NCBI GenBank assembly: GCA_008632985.1
Contig: QPGO01000087.1
Coordinates: 62,001 to 126,000, forward strand
DNA length: 64,000 nucleotides
Origin: Psammoneis japonica
Lineage: Eukaryota
Direction: 5' to 3'
Shown here: positions 62,784-64,000 of the stretch, one piece after another
How positions within the stretch are numbered: the first letter of the stretch is position 1
Layout: every line of letters begins with the position of its first letter
Position numbers and translations under genes: made by a program
The notes under the pieces: model-generated
Told to the model about the DNA's origin: nothing
The model's input: the letters and a program-made list of their open reading frames with translations, nothing else
The model's database searches: none

Positions 62784-63479
62784 TTAATACAAAAATCCCA
62801 AATAGTGAAAGGAAGACACGATCATGATGTAGATGAAACTCAAATACATCTCTTGGTACATTCCCATCTTCTGCAATAGGCTTAGTCTACCGTACGTGAT
62901 CTTTGCGTCTTTAGCCTCAATCCATTTGCCGGCAAAAAAGGGAATGGGGCCAATTACAGCCAGGGTAATAATGATCGGAGCTCCGTAAAAGCCATGCTTG
63001 GTGTAGACGCGGTAGAGGAGCGTGAAGCCGAGAATGTAGCCAAAAACGTGGTCGGTGAAGTGGTCGAGCCAGCCGCCAAACTCGCTTCCCAGCCCATAAC
63101 GACGAGCCATTTGGCCGTCCGTGCAGTCGAGCATCTGGCTGAGTGGCAATAGAAGCATCTGAATCAAGAAACCAGGTTCACCACCCCAAGCAAGCAGTAC
63201 AACGGAGAGCGTGCGTACAGAAAGACAGTTCAGAATGGTGACCTTGTTGGGTGTATTGACACCGACCTCATATAAATACGGAGTCAATTGGTCCGCGATC
63301 AGGTATTCAAGGTTTGCAGGACACAAGATGAGATTCGAAGTGATTGCATTTGGCTTGTACCCCGGAGCCGCGCAATTGAGGCAGCAGGGGTATTTTGGCT
63401 TCCAACACTTTTCGGCGGCACGCTGCTCCTTAACTGACTTGTCCGCACCAAAAAGCTTATGGATGAGTGAAGTAGACAT
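62784..63479 (-). CDS. CDP-alcohol phosphatidyltransferase family protein
   Basis: TPNKVT and the signature DCTDGQMARRYGLGSEFGGWLDHFTD. Confidence 0.85.
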   Translation of the reverse strand: MSTSLIHKLFGADKSVKEQRAAEKCWKPKYPCCLNCAAPGYKPNAITSNLILCPANLEYLIADQLTPYLYEVGVNTPNKVTILNCLSVRTLSVVLLAWGGEPGFLIQMLLLPLSQMLDCTDGQMARRYGLGSEFGGWLDHFTDHVFGYILGFTLLYRVYTKHGFYGAPIIITLAVIGPIPFFAGKWIEAKDAKITYGRLSLLQKMGMYQEMYLSFIYIMIVSSFHYLGFLY

Positions 63480-63689
63480 TGGATGCAGTGATGAACATTC
63501 TCTTCTTGCGCCTTGTCGATATGTCATGAACATTCTCTTCGTGCACACAAGTTTTGAGGCGCTCTTTGGCATGCAGAAAAATCGTTGTCTTTGGCCTCTT
63601 TGCAAGAAGCGAGCTGGCACGTCCTGCGCAACGTCAACGTTCAACATTCGTTCATGCTGGCGTGGGTTCGCGCGCGCGTACCTACAGCA

Positions 63690-64000
63690 CACCTGTCAGA
63701 GGGGGCGGCGGGGGTGGTCATCATCTTTCTGTCTCTCCAGTCTACTCTCTACGGCAGCAGAGAGTGCAGTGCCGGCACGCATGATGCAGTGCTGCCGGTG
63801 ACCCACAGAGCACAGGGGTTGTGGGTTGTGGCAGCAACACCAGTGTGCAACTGCAGAGCAGGAAGATCCAAATCCCAACCCACTGCCATGCCACAGCAAG
63901 CCAGTCAGAAGGGCAGAGAAGGAAAGGGTTGGTGTCAAAAACGGGTTAATCTCATGTGTTGCTGGCGCTGCGGCCAGCATGGCTGAGCCCCGCACAAAAC
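63690..64000. repeat. Start of CpG- and TpA-depleted block G
   Basis: TA nearly absent and a TG/CA excess up to the window end. Confidence 0.55.

Overview
Eukaryotic genomic DNA, most likely from a diatom or other stramenopile (short GT-AG introns, RPB2, U2AF large subunit, a diatom-type Copia gag relic). Gene islands alternate with seven sharply bounded blocks, about 38% of the window, that are almost free of both CpG and TpA and rich in TpG/CpA. Duplicated sequences inside the window give the direction of change: CG becomes TG/CA and TA becomes TG/CA. This looks like a repeat-targeted hypermutation process whose TpA component runs opposite to fungal RIP. It has destroyed a duplicated NIPA transporter gene, converted Tyr to Cys in a Copia gag, and apparently removed the stop codon of one ceramide synthase copy. 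The second highlight is a probable signal-peptide + ERO1 + soluble fumarate reductase + two cytochrome b5 fusion, interrupted by one frameshift, which suggests oxygen-independent disulfide formation in the ER. There is also a possible sphingolipid neighbourhood: two ceramide synthases, an alkaline ceramidase, a NIPA transporter and an NPC1/Patched-like gene. Several otherwise intact genes carry single-base frameshifts, which may be assembly errors. All alignments and counts were done by eye and block boundaries are approximate.
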